The notes: generated by a model from the letters alone, not told the origin. A stretch of DNA of 64,000 bases from Acidocella sp. (GCA_965198835.1 OZ240675.1:534328-598327), one strand, 5' to 3'. Shown: positions 8,467-19,776, counted from the stretch's first letter. Made by a program: numbers and translations.

Positions 8467-9552
8467 TCAGCTTTCCAGGCGCTCACGACGCAGCGTATCC
8501 AGGGGAAGCAGTTTTCCGCTTCTTTCGAAATGCCAAAACGTCCACCCATTGCATGAAGGCGCATTCTGCACAGCGGCGCCAACTTTATGAATGGAACCGC
8601 GGTGCGCGCCGCAGATCAGGTTGCCATCGGCAGTGACTTCAGCGCCAACGCGGCGCAGCCGGTCGGTCAGCCTGGTCCCGGCCTTGATGGTGCCATTTTC
8701 GACAAAGCTGCCGAACGCGATGCGGGGCGCTTGGCGCCCCAGAGGCGGACCATGGACCGTATTTTTCGGTGCCGGGTCTTCCACCTGCAGCCGCCCCCAG
8801 GCGGCTTCGACATAAGCCGGGTGACGCTCGATGCCGATAAAATGCCGGTGCAGCCGCTTCGCGACTACCGCCGTCGTCCCTGTTCCCAAAAAGGGATCGA
8901 GAATGATGTCGCCCGGCGCTGTCGAGGCGAGTACGACCCTGTGCAGCAGCGCCTCCGGCTTTTGCGTCGGATGCAATTTCAGCCCGTGCGCGTTGCGTAG
9001 ACGCTCCGGCCCCGTACATAAAGCAATCGACCAGTCGCTGCGCATCTGCAGATCATCATTCAGCGACTTCATGCTCTGGTAGTTGAACTTGTAGCGCGAC
9101 TCCCGGCCTTTGGCCGCCCAGATCATCGTTTCATGCGCGTTCGTAAAACGGCGCCCCCGAAAATTAGGCATCGGGTTGGTCTTGCGCCATATGACGTCGT
9201 TCAGGACCCAGAACCCAAGATCCTGTAAAATAGCGCCGATGCGGAAGATATTATGGTAGCTGCCGATGACCCACAGCGTGCCGTCCTTGCGCAGCACCCG
9301 GCGGCATTCGCTCAGCCACTCCAGCGTGAATGCGTCATAGGCGGCGAAGTCGGTAAACTTGTCCCAGTCGTCATCAACCCCATCAACCAGGCTGTCGTCA
9401 GGCCGCCGCAGCTCGCCGCGCAGCTGCAGATTATATGGCGGATCGGCAAAGACGCAGTGGACCGAGGCATCCGGCAACATGCGCAGCATCTGGCCAGCGT
9501 CGCCCAGTAAAATCTGATCCAGCGGCAATTCGCGCGCAGCTTCCACGGTCAA
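8467..9552 (-). CDS. ccrM: Cell-cycle-regulated N6-adenine DNA methyltransferase CcrM (GANTC)
   Basis: 361 aa. Beta-class order with DPPYNL first and the SAM motif (ILDPFLGTGTT) later, plus the CcrM-typical C-terminal extension. Adjacent to rnhB. Confidence 0.9.
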   Translation of the reverse strand: MTVEAARELPLDQILLGDAGQMLRMLPDASVHCVFADPPYNLQLRGELRRPDDSLVDGVDDDWDKFTDFAAYDAFTLEWLSECRRVLRKDGTLWVIGSYHNIFRIGAILQDLGFWVLNDVIWRKTNPMPNFRGRRFTNAHETMIWAAKGRESRYKFNYQSMKSLNDDLQMRSDWSIALCTGPERLRNAHGLKLHPTQKPEALLHRVVLASTAPGDIILDPFLGTGTTAVVAKRLHRHFIGIERHPAYVEAAWGRLQVEDPAPKNTVHGPPLGRQAPRIAFGSFVENGTIKAGTRLTDRLRRVGAEVTADGNLICGAHRGSIHKVGAAVQNAPSCNGWTFWHFERSGKLLPLDTLRRERLES

Positions 9553-9649
9553 GACCAGCCCTCAACACAATCGTTCGGCAAACTGAAGGTGCTAACGTGT
9601 TCACGTCAATCGGCCCGGCTGCGGGAAATGGCCGGAAGCTCGACGCCGT

Positions 9650-10318
9650 CTAGTTGATAAAGGCTGCATCCTCCAGCAAACCCGCCTGCTGCCCTTGCGG
9701 TGCAAACAGCTGAACGGTTTGCAGGCCACGCAGCAACTCGCCGAACGCCATCCGGTGATGCGGCGTGGCCCCAAGCGCCAAAATGCCCTCACGATGCGCC
9801 GCCGCGGCGTAGCCTGCGTTGCTCCCCCAGCCATAGCCGGGATATCTGACGCCAAGCCGCAGCATCAGCCGATCCCGAACCACCTTCGCCGCGATCGAGG
9901 CCGCGGCGATGGAAAGACTGATCCCATCCCCGCCGATGATCGGCGTACAGGGCACCGGACATCCCGGGGCACGATTGCCATCCACCAAAATATGGTCCGG
10001 CATCAACGGCAGCCGGCGCACCGCCCGGCGCATGGCCAGCATGGCCGCGTGCAGAATATTCAGCTCGCCGATCTCGGCGACCGAAGCGGCGCCGAGGGCG
10101 ATTTCAGCGCCCGCTTTGCGCAACCCGAGCAGCGCGAGCTCACGCCGCTCCGCCGTCATCTTCTTGGAATCGTCAATGATATCGACCAGCCTGCGCGGCA
10201 GTTTTCGCGGCAGAATTACCGCGGCCGCGAGCACCGGGCCGGCCAAGGGTCCGCGGCCGACCTCATCCACCCCGGCGACGATGCCCCCTAGCCGTCTCTC
10301 ATGCTTTAAATCAGGCAT
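9650..10318 (-). CDS. rnhB: Ribonuclease HII
   Basis: [14 protein letters not shown] and DDSKK motifs. Start set at ATG 10318 (MPDLKHE) inside ORF 9650..10432. Confidence 0.9.
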   Translation of the reverse strand: MPDLKHERRLGGIVAGVDEVGRGPLAGPVLAAAVILPRKLPRRLVDIIDDSKKMTAERRELALLGLRKAGAEIALGAASVAEIGELNILHAAMLAMRRAVRRLPLMPDHILVDGNRAPGCPVPCTPIIGGDGISLSIAAASIAAKVVRDRLMLRLGVRYPGYGWGSNAGYAAAAHREGILALGATPHHRMAFGELLRGLQTVQLFAPQGQQAGLLEDAAFIN

Positions 10319-10841
10319 CCCGCAACCGCTCAAAGAAGCTCTGTAATAGCGCAGCGCATTCCGAGTCGCGTACCCCGCCGATAATTTCCGGCCGATGATG
10401 CGTCGTCGCATGGCCAAATACCCGCGGCCCATGTTCTACCGCCCCGGATTTCGGATCATAGGCGCCGAAAACGAGCTTTCCCACGCGAAACGCCGCTATG
10501 GCTCCAGCGCACATCGCGCAAGGTTCCAAGGTGACCGTCAATATGCAATCAGACAGAAATCTACCTGTTCGCTGCCGGGCAGCCTCGCGCAAGACCAGCA
10601 TTTCCGCATGCGCGCATGCATCGTCCGTCGCCTCGACCTCATTGCCGCGCGCCGCAATGACTTCGCCAAATGCATCGGCGATTATCGCGCCGACAGGCAC
10701 CTCCCCCCTGCTCCCCGCGGCGCGAGCCTCAGCTAAAGCAGCATCCATGGCGAAGAGGTGCGGCTTTCCCATCGCCAATCCTTGCATCGCCTCCGCCCGC
10801 CGGTCTAGAGCATGTTCCGTTGGCGTTCGCTCACGAAACAT
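10311..10841 (-). CDS. tadA: tRNA adenosine(34) deaminase TadA
   Basis: [12 protein letters not shown] (HAE) and [12 protein letters not shown] (PCxxC) zinc motifs. The true start is probably one of the internal Met codons. Confidence 0.85.
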   Translation of the reverse strand: MFRERTPTEHALDRRAEAMQGLAMGKPHLFAMDAALAEARAAGSRGEVPVGAIIADAFGEVIAARGNEVEATDDACAHAEMLVLREAARQRTGRFLSDCILTVTLEPCAMCAGAIAAFRVGKLVFGAYDPKSGAVEHGPRVFGHATTHHRPEIIGGVRDSECAALLQSFFERLRDA

Positions 10842-10916
10842 GCTCTTCTTTGTCTAGCGAGCAATTTTATCCGACCGAATGATTCCATTTTGTCGGATGT
10901 TGCTCTAGGTGCAGGC

Positions 10917-11630
10917 ATGACCAAGCGCCCCCTCATCGGCCTGACGCTCGATGCCGAACAGCCCGGCGGCTATTCGAAATACCCCTGGTACGCGCTCCGG
11001 CAAAACTACACCTCGGCGGTCGCCGCTGCCGGCGGCCTGGCCGTTGCCCTGCCGCATGATGCCGGTCTTGCGGAAGCCTATCTCGACCGGCTGGACGCGC
11101 TGATCATCACCGGCGGCGCTTTCGATGTCGATCCTGCGTTATACGGCGACGCGGAGCGGCATGACACGGTCGAGCTGAAATCCGGCCGTACCAGCGCGGA
11201 GCTGGCCATTCTGCAAGGCGCGCTCAACCGCGATCTGCCGGTTCTTGGCATTTGCGGGGGCGAGCAATTGCTGGCGGTGGCACTCGGCGGCACCCTGATC
11301 CAGCACATCCCGGATGCAATCACTGACGCCCTGCCGCACGAACAAACGACCTTGCATACCCAGCCCGGCCACGTCGTCAAAATCCTGCCGGGCACGCTGC
11401 TGGAGCGGATCACCGGCGGCAGGACGATGGCGGTGAACACGTCGCACCACCAGGCGGTGCGCAGCCCCGGCCAGGCGATCATCAACGCGCTCGCCCCGGA
11501 TGGCGTCATCGAGGGCATCGAGGACCCGTCCAAAAAATTCTGCCTCGGCGTGCAGTGGCATCCGGAATATCTTATCGACGCCGGGGATGCCCGCATCTTC
11601 GCAGCGTTGATCGCAGCGGCAAATGGTTAA
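10917..11630 (+). CDS. Class I glutamine amidotransferase, peptidase C26 / gamma-glutamyl-GABA hydrolase-like
   Basis: GICGGEQLL nucleophile elbow and QWHPE near the C-terminus. Start at ATG 10917 (MTKRPLIGL). Confidence 0.8.
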   Translation: MTKRPLIGLTLDAEQPGGYSKYPWYALRQNYTSAVAAAGGLAVALPHDAGLAEAYLDRLDALIITGGAFDVDPALYGDAERHDTVELKSGRTSAELAILQGALNRDLPVLGICGGEQLLAVALGGTLIQHIPDAITDALPHEQTTLHTQPGHVVKILPGTLLERITGGRTMAVNTSHHQAVRSPGQAIINALAPDGVIEGIEDPSKKFCLGVQWHPEYLIDAGDARIFAALIAAANG

Positions 11631-12396
11631 AGGGCCGGCAAACGGGGATTTCGCGGCAGAGCCGCCGGCGCGCGGTGAACGCATCGCTAAATACCTCTCG
11701 CGCGCCGGCATCTCCAGCCGGCGCGATGCCGAGGCGCTGATTGCCGCGGGCAAGGTTCGCATCAATAATCAGTCGGTCACGCATCCGGCCACCTTTGTGA
11801 CAGATGCCGATCTCATCGTGGTCGATGGCAAGGCGGTGAGCACTCCGGAGCGTACCCGGCTCTGGCGCTACCACAAGCCGGATGGCCTGGTGACGACGCA
11901 TAAGGATCCCGAAGGCCGTCCAACGGTTTTCGAAAAACTTCCCGAAAACCTGCCGCGCGTCATGAGCGTCGGCCGGCTCGACCTTACTTCCGAGGGCCTG
12001 CTGCTTTTAACGAATGACGGCGCGCTATCCCGCCAGCTCGAACTGCCCGCCATGGGCTGGCTGCGCCGTTATCGGGTACGGGTGCATGGCGGTGTCGATC
12101 CCGCCAAGCTTGAGCGCCTGGCCGACGGCATACGGATCGACGGTGAGCAATTCGGCCCGATTGAAGCCAAGGTCGATTCGCATCAGCGCGCCAATACCTG
12201 GCTCAGCGTCTCGCTGCGCGAGGGCAAGAACCGGGAAATCCGCCGTGTCATGGATCATCTGCTGCTGCCGGTCACCCGGCTGATCCGCATCGCCTATGGG
12301 CCGTTTCAGCTCGGCAATCTGCCGCGCGGCGCCGTCGAGGAAATCAACGGCAAAATCCTGCGCGAGCAGGTTCCTTCGCTCGATAAGAATTCTTGA
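11623..12396 (+). CDS. rRNA pseudouridine synthase (RluB/RsuA family) with S4 domain
   Basis: S4 domain ERIAKYLSRAGISSRRDAEALI and catalytic GRLDLTSEGLLLLTNDG. The start overlaps the upstream stop. Confidence 0.85.
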   Translation: MVKGPANGDFAAEPPARGERIAKYLSRAGISSRRDAEALIAAGKVRINNQSVTHPATFVTDADLIVVDGKAVSTPERTRLWRYHKPDGLVTTHKDPEGRPTVFEKLPENLPRVMSVGRLDLTSEGLLLLTNDGALSRQLELPAMGWLRRYRVRVHGGVDPAKLERLADGIRIDGEQFGPIEAKVDSHQRANTWLSVSLREGKNREIRRVMDHLLLPVTRLIRIAYGPFQLGNLPRGAVEEINGKILREQVPSLDKNS

Positions 12397-12405
12397 GATT
12401 GCCTG

Positions 12406-12969
12406 ATGGCCGGGTTGCGCATCATCGCCGGGCAATGGCGCGGTAAATCCCTCTCATCGGCCGCCGGCCAGTCTACCCGCCCGACCAATATCCGCGCCCG
12501 GCAGGCCGCTTTCGACATTCTGCTCCACGCCCCTTGGGCAGGATCCGCCTTCATCGAATCGGCCAATGTGTTGGACGTGTTTGCCGGCACCGGCGCCTAC
12601 GGGCTGGAGGCACTGTCCCGAGGCACGGTTGCCGCGACCTTTATCGAGAACAACCGCGACGCGCTGCGCGCCCTGGGCGCCAACATCGCCGCGTGCAAGG
12701 CTGAAAAACGATCGAAAATCATTGCGGCCGACGCCCTGCATCCACCACGCGGAATGCCGCACAAGCTGGTTTTTCTCGATCCACCTTACGCGCAAAACCT
12801 GATCCCGCAGGCCCTTGCAGCCCTTTCAAGCGCAAACTATTTCGATAAAGATACGATCTTCATGGCCGAGCTAGGTCCGACTGACGACCTCACACCGCCC
12901 TACCCGCTCGCTATCCGCAAACATGGCAAAGCGAGGCTGGTTTTCTGGCACAACACGCAACAGGACTGA
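12406..12969 (+). CDS. rsmD: 16S rRNA (guanine966-N2)-methyltransferase RsmD
   Basis: RIIAGQWRGKSL, DVFAGTGAYGLEALSRG and FLDPPY. Confidence 0.85.
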   Translation: MAGLRIIAGQWRGKSLSSAAGQSTRPTNIRARQAAFDILLHAPWAGSAFIESANVLDVFAGTGAYGLEALSRGTVAATFIENNRDALRALGANIAACKAEKRSKIIAADALHPPRGMPHKLVFLDPPYAQNLIPQALAALSSANYFDKDTIFMAELGPTDDLTPPYPLAIRKHGKARLVFWHNTQQD

Positions 12970-13030
12970 GAAGCAGCCGCTTTTGCGACCCCCAAGCCGG
13001 GCGTTTGCAACGCTAAAGGTTCGCAGTCAT

Positions 13031-13078
13031 AGAGGTGTTTTTGCTTCTTTTTCTTCAGATAAAGAAGTGCTTGCTTAG
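13031..13078. repeat. Palindromic intergenic repeat, family B copy (likely bidirectional terminator)
   Basis: agaggtgtttttgcttctttttcttcagataaagaagtgcttgcttag is 42/48 identical to 63598..63645. Lies between convergent rsmD and purH. Confidence 0.7.
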
Positions 13079-13081
13079 TCG

Positions 13082-14638
13082 CTAATGCCTGAAATGCCGC
13101 ATGCCGGTGAACACCATGGCGATACCCGCTGCATCGGCGGCGGCGATAACTTCCGCATCACGGATTGAGCCGCCCGGCTGGATCACAGCCGTGCCGCCCG
13201 CTGCGATGGCAGCCTGCAGACCATCGGCGAATGGGAAAAAAGCGTCTGAGGCGACAACGCAGTTCTTCGTATCCAACCCTGCGGCTTCCGCCTTCCAGGC
13301 GGCGATGCGGGCTGAAGTAACGCGCGACATCTGACCGGCCCCGATGCCGATTGTGGCGCCGGCCTTGGCGTAGACGATGGCGTTGGACTTCACATGTTTA
13401 CAAACCCGGAAGGCAAATAGCAGATCGGCCAGTTCGTCCTGCGACGGCGCGCGCCGGGTAACGGTTTTCAGGTCGGCAATGCCGATCCGGCCGCTATCCC
13501 GGCTCTGCAGCAAAAACCCGCCGGCAATGGATTTAAATGTCGTCCCCGCGCTGGCCGGGTCTGGTAGACCGCCCGCAAGTAGCAGCCGAAGATTCTTCTT
13601 TTTCGACAACACCGACTTCGCATCCTCAGTCGCGCCCGGCGCGATGATGACTTCAGTGAAAATCATGGAGATTTTCGACGCCGTCGCCGCATCCAGCGTG
13701 CGGTTCAGCGCAACGATCCCGCCAAACGCCGATTCCGGATCGCAAGCCAGCGCCCGGTCCCAGGCTTGCGCAAGCTCCGGGCCGGTGGCGACGCCGCAGG
13801 GGTTGGCGTGTTTGACGATCACCACAGCGGGTGCATCGAATTCCGCCAGGCATTCGAACGCGGCATCGGTATCGTTGAGATTATTGTAGGAGAGTTCCTT
13901 GCCCTGCATTTGCTGCGCCGTCGCCACGCCGAACCTTGGCTCGGTGGTGTAGAACGCCGCCGATTGATGCGGGTTTTCCCCATAGCGCAGGGTCTGCTTC
14001 AGTTTGCCTGCAAACGTGAAACCTGTCGGATATTGCTCGTCATTCTGTGCGGCAAACCACGTAGCGATGGCGGCATCATAGGCGCTGGTGCGGGCATAGG
14101 CACTGCCGGCCAGTATCTTGCGGGTCTTCAATGTCGTGCCGCCATGCGACTCCATCTCTGACAAGACACTGACGTAATGCTCGGGCGCCGTCAGAACCGC
14201 GACAAAATCATGGTTTTTGGCTGCGGCACGGATCAGCGCCGGCCCGCCGATATCGATATTCTCCACGCAATCTTCAAAGGCAGCGCCACGCGCAACCGTT
14301 GCCTCAAACGGATAGAGGTTCACCGCCACCAGATCGATCGGCGCAATGTTATGTTCGCGCATCTGCGCCTGATGCTCCGGCAGATCGCGCCGCCCCAAAA
14401 TGCCGCCATGGATCTGCGGCACCAGCGTTTTCACCCGGCCGTCAAGAATTTCCGGAAAGCCGGTGAAATCCGACACCTCGATCACCTCCAGGCCGGCTTC
14501 CCGCAGAACCTTTGCAGAGCCGCCCGTCGACAGGATCTCAACATTATGCACTGCCAGCGCTCGAGCGAGATTGACCAGACCGGTTTTATCAGAGACGGAA
14601 ATCAGCGCCCGCCGGACGGGCATGATATCGATGGTCAT
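13082..14638 (-). CDS. purH: Bifunctional AICAR transformylase / IMP cyclohydrolase PurH
   Basis: [12 protein letters not shown], full-length PurH-like sequence, C-terminal GMRHFRH. Start at ATG 14638. Confidence 0.95.
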   Translation of the reverse strand: MTIDIMPVRRALISVSDKTGLVNLARALAVHNVEILSTGGSAKVLREAGLEVIEVSDFTGFPEILDGRVKTLVPQIHGGILGRRDLPEHQAQMREHNIAPIDLVAVNLYPFEATVARGAAFEDCVENIDIGGPALIRAAAKNHDFVAVLTAPEHYVSVLSEMESHGGTTLKTRKILAGSAYARTSAYDAAIATWFAAQNDEQYPTGFTFAGKLKQTLRYGENPHQSAAFYTTEPRFGVATAQQMQGKELSYNNLNDTDAAFECLAEFDAPAVVIVKHANPCGVATGPELAQAWDRALACDPESAFGGIVALNRTLDAATASKISMIFTEVIIAPGATEDAKSVLSKKKNLRLLLAGGLPDPASAGTTFKSIAGGFLLQSRDSGRIGIADLKTVTRRAPSQDELADLLFAFRVCKHVKSNAIVYAKAGATIGIGAGQMSRVTSARIAAWKAEAAGLDTKNCVVASDAFFPFADGLQAAIAAGGTAVIQPGGSIRDAEVIAAADAAGIAMVFTGMRHFRH

Positions 14639-14648
14639 GGAGGCTTCC

Positions 14649-15140
14649 TTAAGGCGCGTTACTGGCAGGACCGGCGGCATTAGCGACAACGGCGGAGACC
14701 GCATTGGCCGGCGAGCCGCTGATAATCTTCGTACTGATCAGCACGTAAATCAAAGTGTGGTTGGGCAGATCGACGAACCGGTTGAGAACGAAATGCTTGA
14801 CCAGAAAAGAAGCCGAAATCGCGCCAACCTGCTGGCGCTGCGGCAAATTCGCCGGAATGCTGACAGCGCCTGACGAGACGCAGGACAAGGCGAAATTGCT
14901 AGGGTTGGTCGCAAGGCCAAGGCCGCCGGAAACCCCGCCGGTTTGGGCGAAGGAAGCATAGCAAGCCACATTGGCCACGTCCGGATCGTCGAAGCGTTCG
15001 ACCACGACCTTGTCATTTGGCCCAAGCAGCCGGAAATTGGTGCTGACGCTGCCAATGGTCTGCTCGGCAAAAGCCGGCGCCGCCAAGCTGCAGGCGATGG
15101 CGACGGCGACGGCGACGGCGAGTATAGAAAGAAACTTCAT
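14649..15140 (-). CDS. CreA family protein (secreted)
   Basis: 163 aa with a signal peptide ending AFA and a [19 protein letters not shown] motif typical of CreA. Confidence 0.75.
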   Translation of the reverse strand: MKFLSILAVAVAVAIACSLAAPAFAEQTIGSVSTNFRLLGPNDKVVVERFDDPDVANVACYASFAQTGGVSGGLGLATNPSNFALSCVSSGAVSIPANLPQRQQVGAISASFLVKHFVLNRFVDLPNHTLIYVLISTKIISGSPANAVSAVVANAAGPASNAP

Positions 15141-16285
15141 GGCGCACTCCTGTCGACAAGCGCTTCATACACCAAAAGCGTCTCGCGACAGATGATGGCA
15201 TCGGCAAAATACCGCTCGGCGCGCCGCCGCCCCGCCACTCCCATCCTGGCCCGCAGTTCAGGCGCGTTGATCAGCCTTGCGAGCGCTTCCGCCAGCGCTG
15301 CAGGATCAGAAGCGGGCACCAGCAGACCGGTCTCCTCGTGCACTATTGCCTCCCGGCAACCCGGGATGTCGGTTGCGACCAGCGGTTTGCCGGCGGCCAT
15401 CGCCTCAAGGGCCGATTTCGGCAAACCTTCGCGATAAGTCGAAGGCTGGCAGGCGATATGCGCCTCGCGCAGCAAAGCGGCGACGTCATTGCGCGGCCCC
15501 AGCCAGCGCACCAGGCCTTCCGCCTCCCAGGCGCGCAGTTCAGCCTCGGTAACCGTATTCGGGTTGCCGGCATCCGGCGCGCCAACCAGCAGAAAGACCG
15601 CTTCGAGCTTTCCGGCGCGCAAAATCCGCGCCGCCTCGACAAAATCGCCGATGCCTTTTTCCCGGATCATGCGGGCGATCAGTATCACCCGCACTGGCGT
15701 CGGCGGCTCCGGCGCCGGCGCGAATTCAACGATATCCACCCCTGCACCGCGAATGATCGTCGCAGCGCCGGGACGGACGATGCCGCGCCGGGCGAGCTCC
15801 GCAAGATCATCCGGATTTTCGAAGATAATTCGTGCGTTCCGCGGCGAGAGGGTGAGGCGGAGCATGAAACTGACGAATGGCTTCAGAATTTTCGCCAGCA
15901 CCCGATCGGAGGAGAACACAAATCCCAGCCCCACCGGCGCGTTGATAATCGCCGGAACGCCGGAAATGCGGGCCGCAAAGCCCCCGACCAGGATCGGTTT
16001 CAGGGCGATGTGATGGACCAGATCCGGCTTCAACCGCCGATAAAGGCGTGCCAGCTTAAGCACGAACAGCACTTCCGGAAACGGATTGATCCGCCGCCGG
16101 CTGAAATCAACCGGTACAACTTCGATACCGGCAGCTTCAATCGAAGCGCTGGCCGCGTCCGAATGCGCCACCATAATGACGTGCCAGCCTGCCGCCTTGG
16201 CCGCCAGCGCCCGTTTTAAAAAATGCGAGGCAAAGAACCAATCTTCGGTAATCAGGAAAACAAGGGTTTTTTTCCGAAGCATCAA
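15137..16285 (-). CDS. Glycosyltransferase family 4 (GT-B)
   Basis: 382 aa with the C-terminal EGLPKSALEAMAAGKPLVATD motif. ATGA overlap with creA. Confidence 0.8.
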   Translation of the reverse strand: MMLRKKTLVFLITEDWFFASHFLKRALAAKAAGWHVIMVAHSDAASASIEAAGIEVVPVDFSRRRINPFPEVLFVLKLARLYRRLKPDLVHHIALKPILVGGFAARISGVPAIINAPVGLGFVFSSDRVLAKILKPFVSFMLRLTLSPRNARIIFENPDDLAELARRGIVRPGAATIIRGAGVDIVEFAPAPEPPTPVRVILIARMIREKGIGDFVEAARILRAGKLEAVFLLVGAPDAGNPNTVTEAELRAWEAEGLVRWLGPRNDVAALLREAHIACQPSTYREGLPKSALEAMAAGKPLVATDIPGCREAIVHEETGLLVPASDPAALAEALARLINAPELRARMGVAGRRRAERYFADAIICRETLLVYEALVDRSAP

Positions 16286-16340
16286 ACTTCAAATTCGGGC
16301 GATGTCCGGCTCAGCTTTTGCCGATTCGCAGCAACATCTC

Positions 16341-17357
16341 TCAAACATCGTTTATGCCAGCGCGTTTTGCGTCCCAGTTCCAGGCGTCGCGGCACATATC
16401 CTTGATGTTCAGCTTGGCCTTCCAGCCCAGCAGCTTCTCCGCCGCAGTAGGATTGGCGAAATAGCTCGCGACATCACCCGGCCGGCGCGGCACAATCTCA
16501 AAGGGCACCTTGCGCTTCGTCGACTCTTCGAAGGCCTGCACAAACTCCAGCACCGAGATGCCGTTGCCCGTGCCAAGATTGACCGTATAGGCGATATCGT
16601 TTTCCAGCAGATACTCAACCGCCAAAGCATGCGCATTCGCCAGGTCCACCACATGGATGTAGTCGCGAATACCGGTGCCGTCCGGGGTATCGTAATCATT
16701 GCCGAACACCTGCAGGAACGGCCGTTGCCCGGTGGCAACCTGGCAGACATAGGGCATCAGGTTATTCGGCACCCCGGTCGGAGTTTCGCCGATTAGTCCG
16801 GAAGGATGCGCGCCCACGGGATTGAAGTAGCGTAGATTGGCGGCCCCGAGCAATTTGCCGGTGCGGGCGAGATCCGTGATCAGATCCTCCATCACCAGCT
16901 TGGTCCGGCCATAGATGTTCTGCACCCGGGTTGGGGCGTCTTCCAGAATCGGCGATGAGTCCGGCTGTCCGTAAACGGTTGCCGAGGATGAAAACACGAT
17001 GCGGCGAATATTGCGCGCCTGCATGGCTTCCAGCAGCCGGATGGTTCCGACAATATTCATATCATAATACAGCAGCGGATTGGCCTCACTTTCCCCGACA
17101 GCTTTCAGTGCGGCGAAATGGATCACGGCATCCACCGGAAATTCCGCCAGCGCCGCCGCAACACTTGCTGTATCGCGGATATCCGCTTCGATGATCGGCA
17201 AGCTCTTGCCGGTCAGGCAGCGCAGACGCTCAGGCACATCTCGCTCCGAGTTTCTGAAATTATCCAGGATCACGACCTGATGCCCGCGCTCCGTCAGAGC
17301 AACGGCGGTGTGGGAGCCGATATAGCCGTTGCCGCCGGTTAGAAGCACATGCGCCAT
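16341..17357 (-). CDS. galE: UDP-glucose 4-epimerase GalE
   Basis: MAHVLLTGGNGYIGSH, YGRTK and NLGTGNGISVLE. The upstream part of ORF 16341..17561 was judged non-coding. Confidence 0.9.
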   Translation of the reverse strand: MAHVLLTGGNGYIGSHTAVALTERGHQVVILDNFRNSERDVPERLRCLTGKSLPIIEADIRDTASVAAALAEFPVDAVIHFAALKAVGESEANPLLYYDMNIVGTIRLLEAMQARNIRRIVFSSSATVYGQPDSSPILEDAPTRVQNIYGRTKLVMEDLITDLARTGKLLGAANLRYFNPVGAHPSGLIGETPTGVPNNLMPYVCQVATGQRPFLQVFGNDYDTPDGTGIRDYIHVVDLANAHALAVEYLLENDIAYTVNLGTGNGISVLEFVQAFEESTKRKVPFEIVPRRPGDVASYFANPTAAEKLLGWKAKLNIKDMCRDAWNWDAKRAGINDV

Positions 17358-17373
17358 TATGTCAGGATCCTGT

Positions 17374-18984
17374 TTAACCGAGTTTCGTGATAGCCCATTT
17401 AACCGTCTGCGGTCCGTCCTGGTGGCCGCCAAGGACGATCTGTTCGGTTCGGCGCGGCTCAGCCGCACCAAAATACACGCTTTCTTCGATATTGATCTTG
17501 GTGCCGTCGGCGCGCAGGCGCCAGCCCTGCCCGGACGGCAGCCGCAGCAGAACGGCTTCATTGTCCTGCTGCAGACTTGCGATCACGTTCGGATGCAAAT
17601 GGAAACGAATAACATAGGGCTGCGGCTGTTCAGCTTCAATAAAATCCTCGCCGCGCAAATCCTCGCCGCTCTCGGAGAGATAGAGCCGGCGGTGATGGAT
17701 CGCGCCGAACGGCTTGGCCCAGCCATCATGGCTGGTTTCCAGCCAATGTGCTCCCGCCGCTGTCTGGTGTTGCGCATTGACCTGAACCGGTCGGCGCCCC
17801 AGACCTTGCCTGCGGATCTCGGAGGAGGAGACGCTGGCGATGATCAGCGTGGAATGCGCCGCCGTTGCCCGCAGCGCATCGCGCCAATCCTCACCGGAAG
17901 CGGCAGCGGCGCCGCAATTGACGATGAGCCGCTCCTTTCCGGCGGAGAACTCGAAGCTCAACGTTCCGGCATGCGCGAACCGGTCGAGACCCGGCGCTGC
18001 CGGAGCACCGGCATCGACAATCAGAACCGACTTGCTGGCGGCAAGCCGGTACAGACCGACGGCGCCGATCTCTGCCAGCGCCCGGCCCGAGCGGCCGGCT
18101 TGCGAAAGGACCAGATCGATCAGGCTAGGCAGATCCTCCCGCGTTCCATTGAGGAGCGCCAACCCGCCATCGCCATGGCGCAAAGCCCGAAGTGCCAGAG
18201 CCATGCGCTCGATCGCGGTAGGCAGTCCGGCCGGCGCTTCGACTTTAGCGCTCTGCAGCAATGCCCGTATCTCGGTCAGGTCCATCAGCACGGCCAGATG
18301 CGCTGCGGGACTGCGTTCGATATGACAGCCATCAGGCAAGACCTGCCGGGCAACTTCCTGCGGCAGGAAGCGCAAGGCGCGGGTCATGTGGGCGGCGTGC
18401 TCCGGCATCGCGACCGAAGCGGCGATCAAGCCCTTCAGCGCCTTGAAAGCGCGGCCGTCATGCTCCTCAGCCGGCAGCGCCGCCGCCAGATTACGGGCGT
18501 CGATCACCAGCCGGCTCATCAGACGCTGGCGGAAATCATCGTCGGCCGAAGCCGCAAAGAAATCATAATGCCCGAGCCAGGCGGTGATTCTGGCGCCTGA
18601 AACGTCAGGGCGATTCGCGATCGGATCCAGATCAGCCGTGTCCATGAAGTCCGAGACCAAAGCGCGGGCGCGGGCGCGGGCCGCATCGGTGCCCAGAGCA
18701 CGCAAATCGCGTAGCCAGGTAAAACCATGCGTATGCGAACGCATAACAGATGAGGCGCCGGCCGGATTGGCGAACACACCCGCACCAAGCGTACGAATGG
18801 CACCCATCAGCCCAAGCTCATCTTTAATCAGCCGCGCACCGCGACTTGGGTCGCCGGGCCAGGGATCACGAACCGCCAACGCCGGCGCATCAGGATAATT
18901 CGCGGTCCGCAGATTTTGAATTTTCGCGAACAGGCCGCGGGCGCTGCGGGAGAAGCTGCCGGCGCGCGGCGCGGAGTCGCTCAT
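17374..18984 (-). CDS. Heparinase II/III-like family protein
   Basis: 536 aa. Resembles the conserved alphaproteobacterial protein of this family that commonly neighbours rsmB/purH. Assignment from memory of the family, not from a motif. Confidence 0.6.
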   Translation of the reverse strand: MSDSAPRAGSFSRSARGLFAKIQNLRTANYPDAPALAVRDPWPGDPSRGARLIKDELGLMGAIRTLGAGVFANPAGASSVMRSHTHGFTWLRDLRALGTDAARARARALVSDFMDTADLDPIANRPDVSGARITAWLGHYDFFAASADDDFRQRLMSRLVIDARNLAAALPAEEHDGRAFKALKGLIAASVAMPEHAAHMTRALRFLPQEVARQVLPDGCHIERSPAAHLAVLMDLTEIRALLQSAKVEAPAGLPTAIERMALALRALRHGDGGLALLNGTREDLPSLIDLVLSQAGRSGRALAEIGAVGLYRLAASKSVLIVDAGAPAAPGLDRFAHAGTLSFEFSAGKERLIVNCGAAAASGEDWRDALRATAAHSTLIIASVSSSEIRRQGLGRRPVQVNAQHQTAAGAHWLETSHDGWAKPFGAIHHRRLYLSESGEDLRGEDFIEAEQPQPYVIRFHLHPNVIASLQQDNEAVLLRLPSGQGWRLRADGTKINIEESVYFGAAEPRRTEQIVLGGHQDGPQTVKWAITKLG

Positions 18985-19685
18985 CCGGCGTTGCGGGCGA
19001 AGCGTTGCGTTGCGCCAGGAAAGGCGGAGCGGATCGCTGCAATGGCATGCGAATAATTTCCGGCGCCAAAAATCGCAGTCCCGGCGATCAGGCAGTCCGC
19101 GCCGGCGGCCAGCACCCTGCCGGCCGTTGCCGGCGTGATCCCGCCATCGACCTGCAATCTGATCTGACGGCCGGACGCGTCGATCAACCGCCGGATTGCC
19201 GCAATTTTTTCCAGTTGGGAAGCAATGAAAGCCTGGCCGCCGAAGCCAGGATTTACCGTCATCACCATTATGAGATCGACCAGATCAAGCACATGCGCGA
19301 TCGCTTCAAGAGGTGTAGCGGGGTTCAGAACCACGCCGGCTTTTTTTCCATGGCTATGAATGAGTTGCAAGCTGCGATGCAAATGCGGCCCGGCTTCGGG
19401 ATGGACGCTGATGTGATCCGCGCCGGCCTCGGCAAAGGCGCCGATATAAGGGTCGGCGGGTGCGATCATCAGATGCACATCCAAAGGCAGTTTGGTATGC
19501 GGCCGCAGCGCTTTAACAATTAGCGGTCCAAAGGTGATATTCGGCACAAAATGGCCATCCATAACATCAAGGTGCAGCCAATCGGCGCCTGCACGCTCCA
19601 CCGCAACCGCTTCTTCCCCCAGCCGGGCGAAATCCGCGGCCAATAGGCTCGGCGCGATCACCAGACGGTTCGTTGCATCGGACAT
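18981..19685 (-). CDS. rpe: Ribulose-phosphate 3-epimerase
   Basis: IAPSLLAADFARLGEE, HLDVMDGHFVPN, DGGI. Start set at ATG 19685. Confidence 0.9.
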   Translation of the reverse strand: MSDATNRLVIAPSLLAADFARLGEEAVAVERAGADWLHLDVMDGHFVPNITFGPLIVKALRPHTKLPLDVHLMIAPADPYIGAFAEAGADHISVHPEAGPHLHRSLQLIHSHGKKAGVVLNPATPLEAIAHVLDLVDLIMVMTVNPGFGGQAFIASQLEKIAAIRRLIDASGRQIRLQVDGGITPATAGRVLAAGADCLIAGTAIFGAGNYSHAIAAIRSAFPGATQRFARNAG

Positions 19686-19776
19686 GTCTGACTGTACCTG
19701 AGCATTTGAAGCTTTAACAAGCGGTCGGAATCCGGCCGCCAGCCCCAAACCTTTTGTTCTGCTTGATGCCGGCCGA

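Noticed and set aside
8364-8582. 72-aa ORF between hprK and ccrM
   Set aside because: It mostly overlaps the 3' end of ccrM in another frame, is Cys/Arg-rich and has no recognisable features.
9553-9649. CtrA box (TTAA-N7-TTAA) upstream of ccrM, and likewise in 1023..1239
   Set aside because: No TTAA-N7-TTAA match found by eye in either region, so no CtrA site is claimed.
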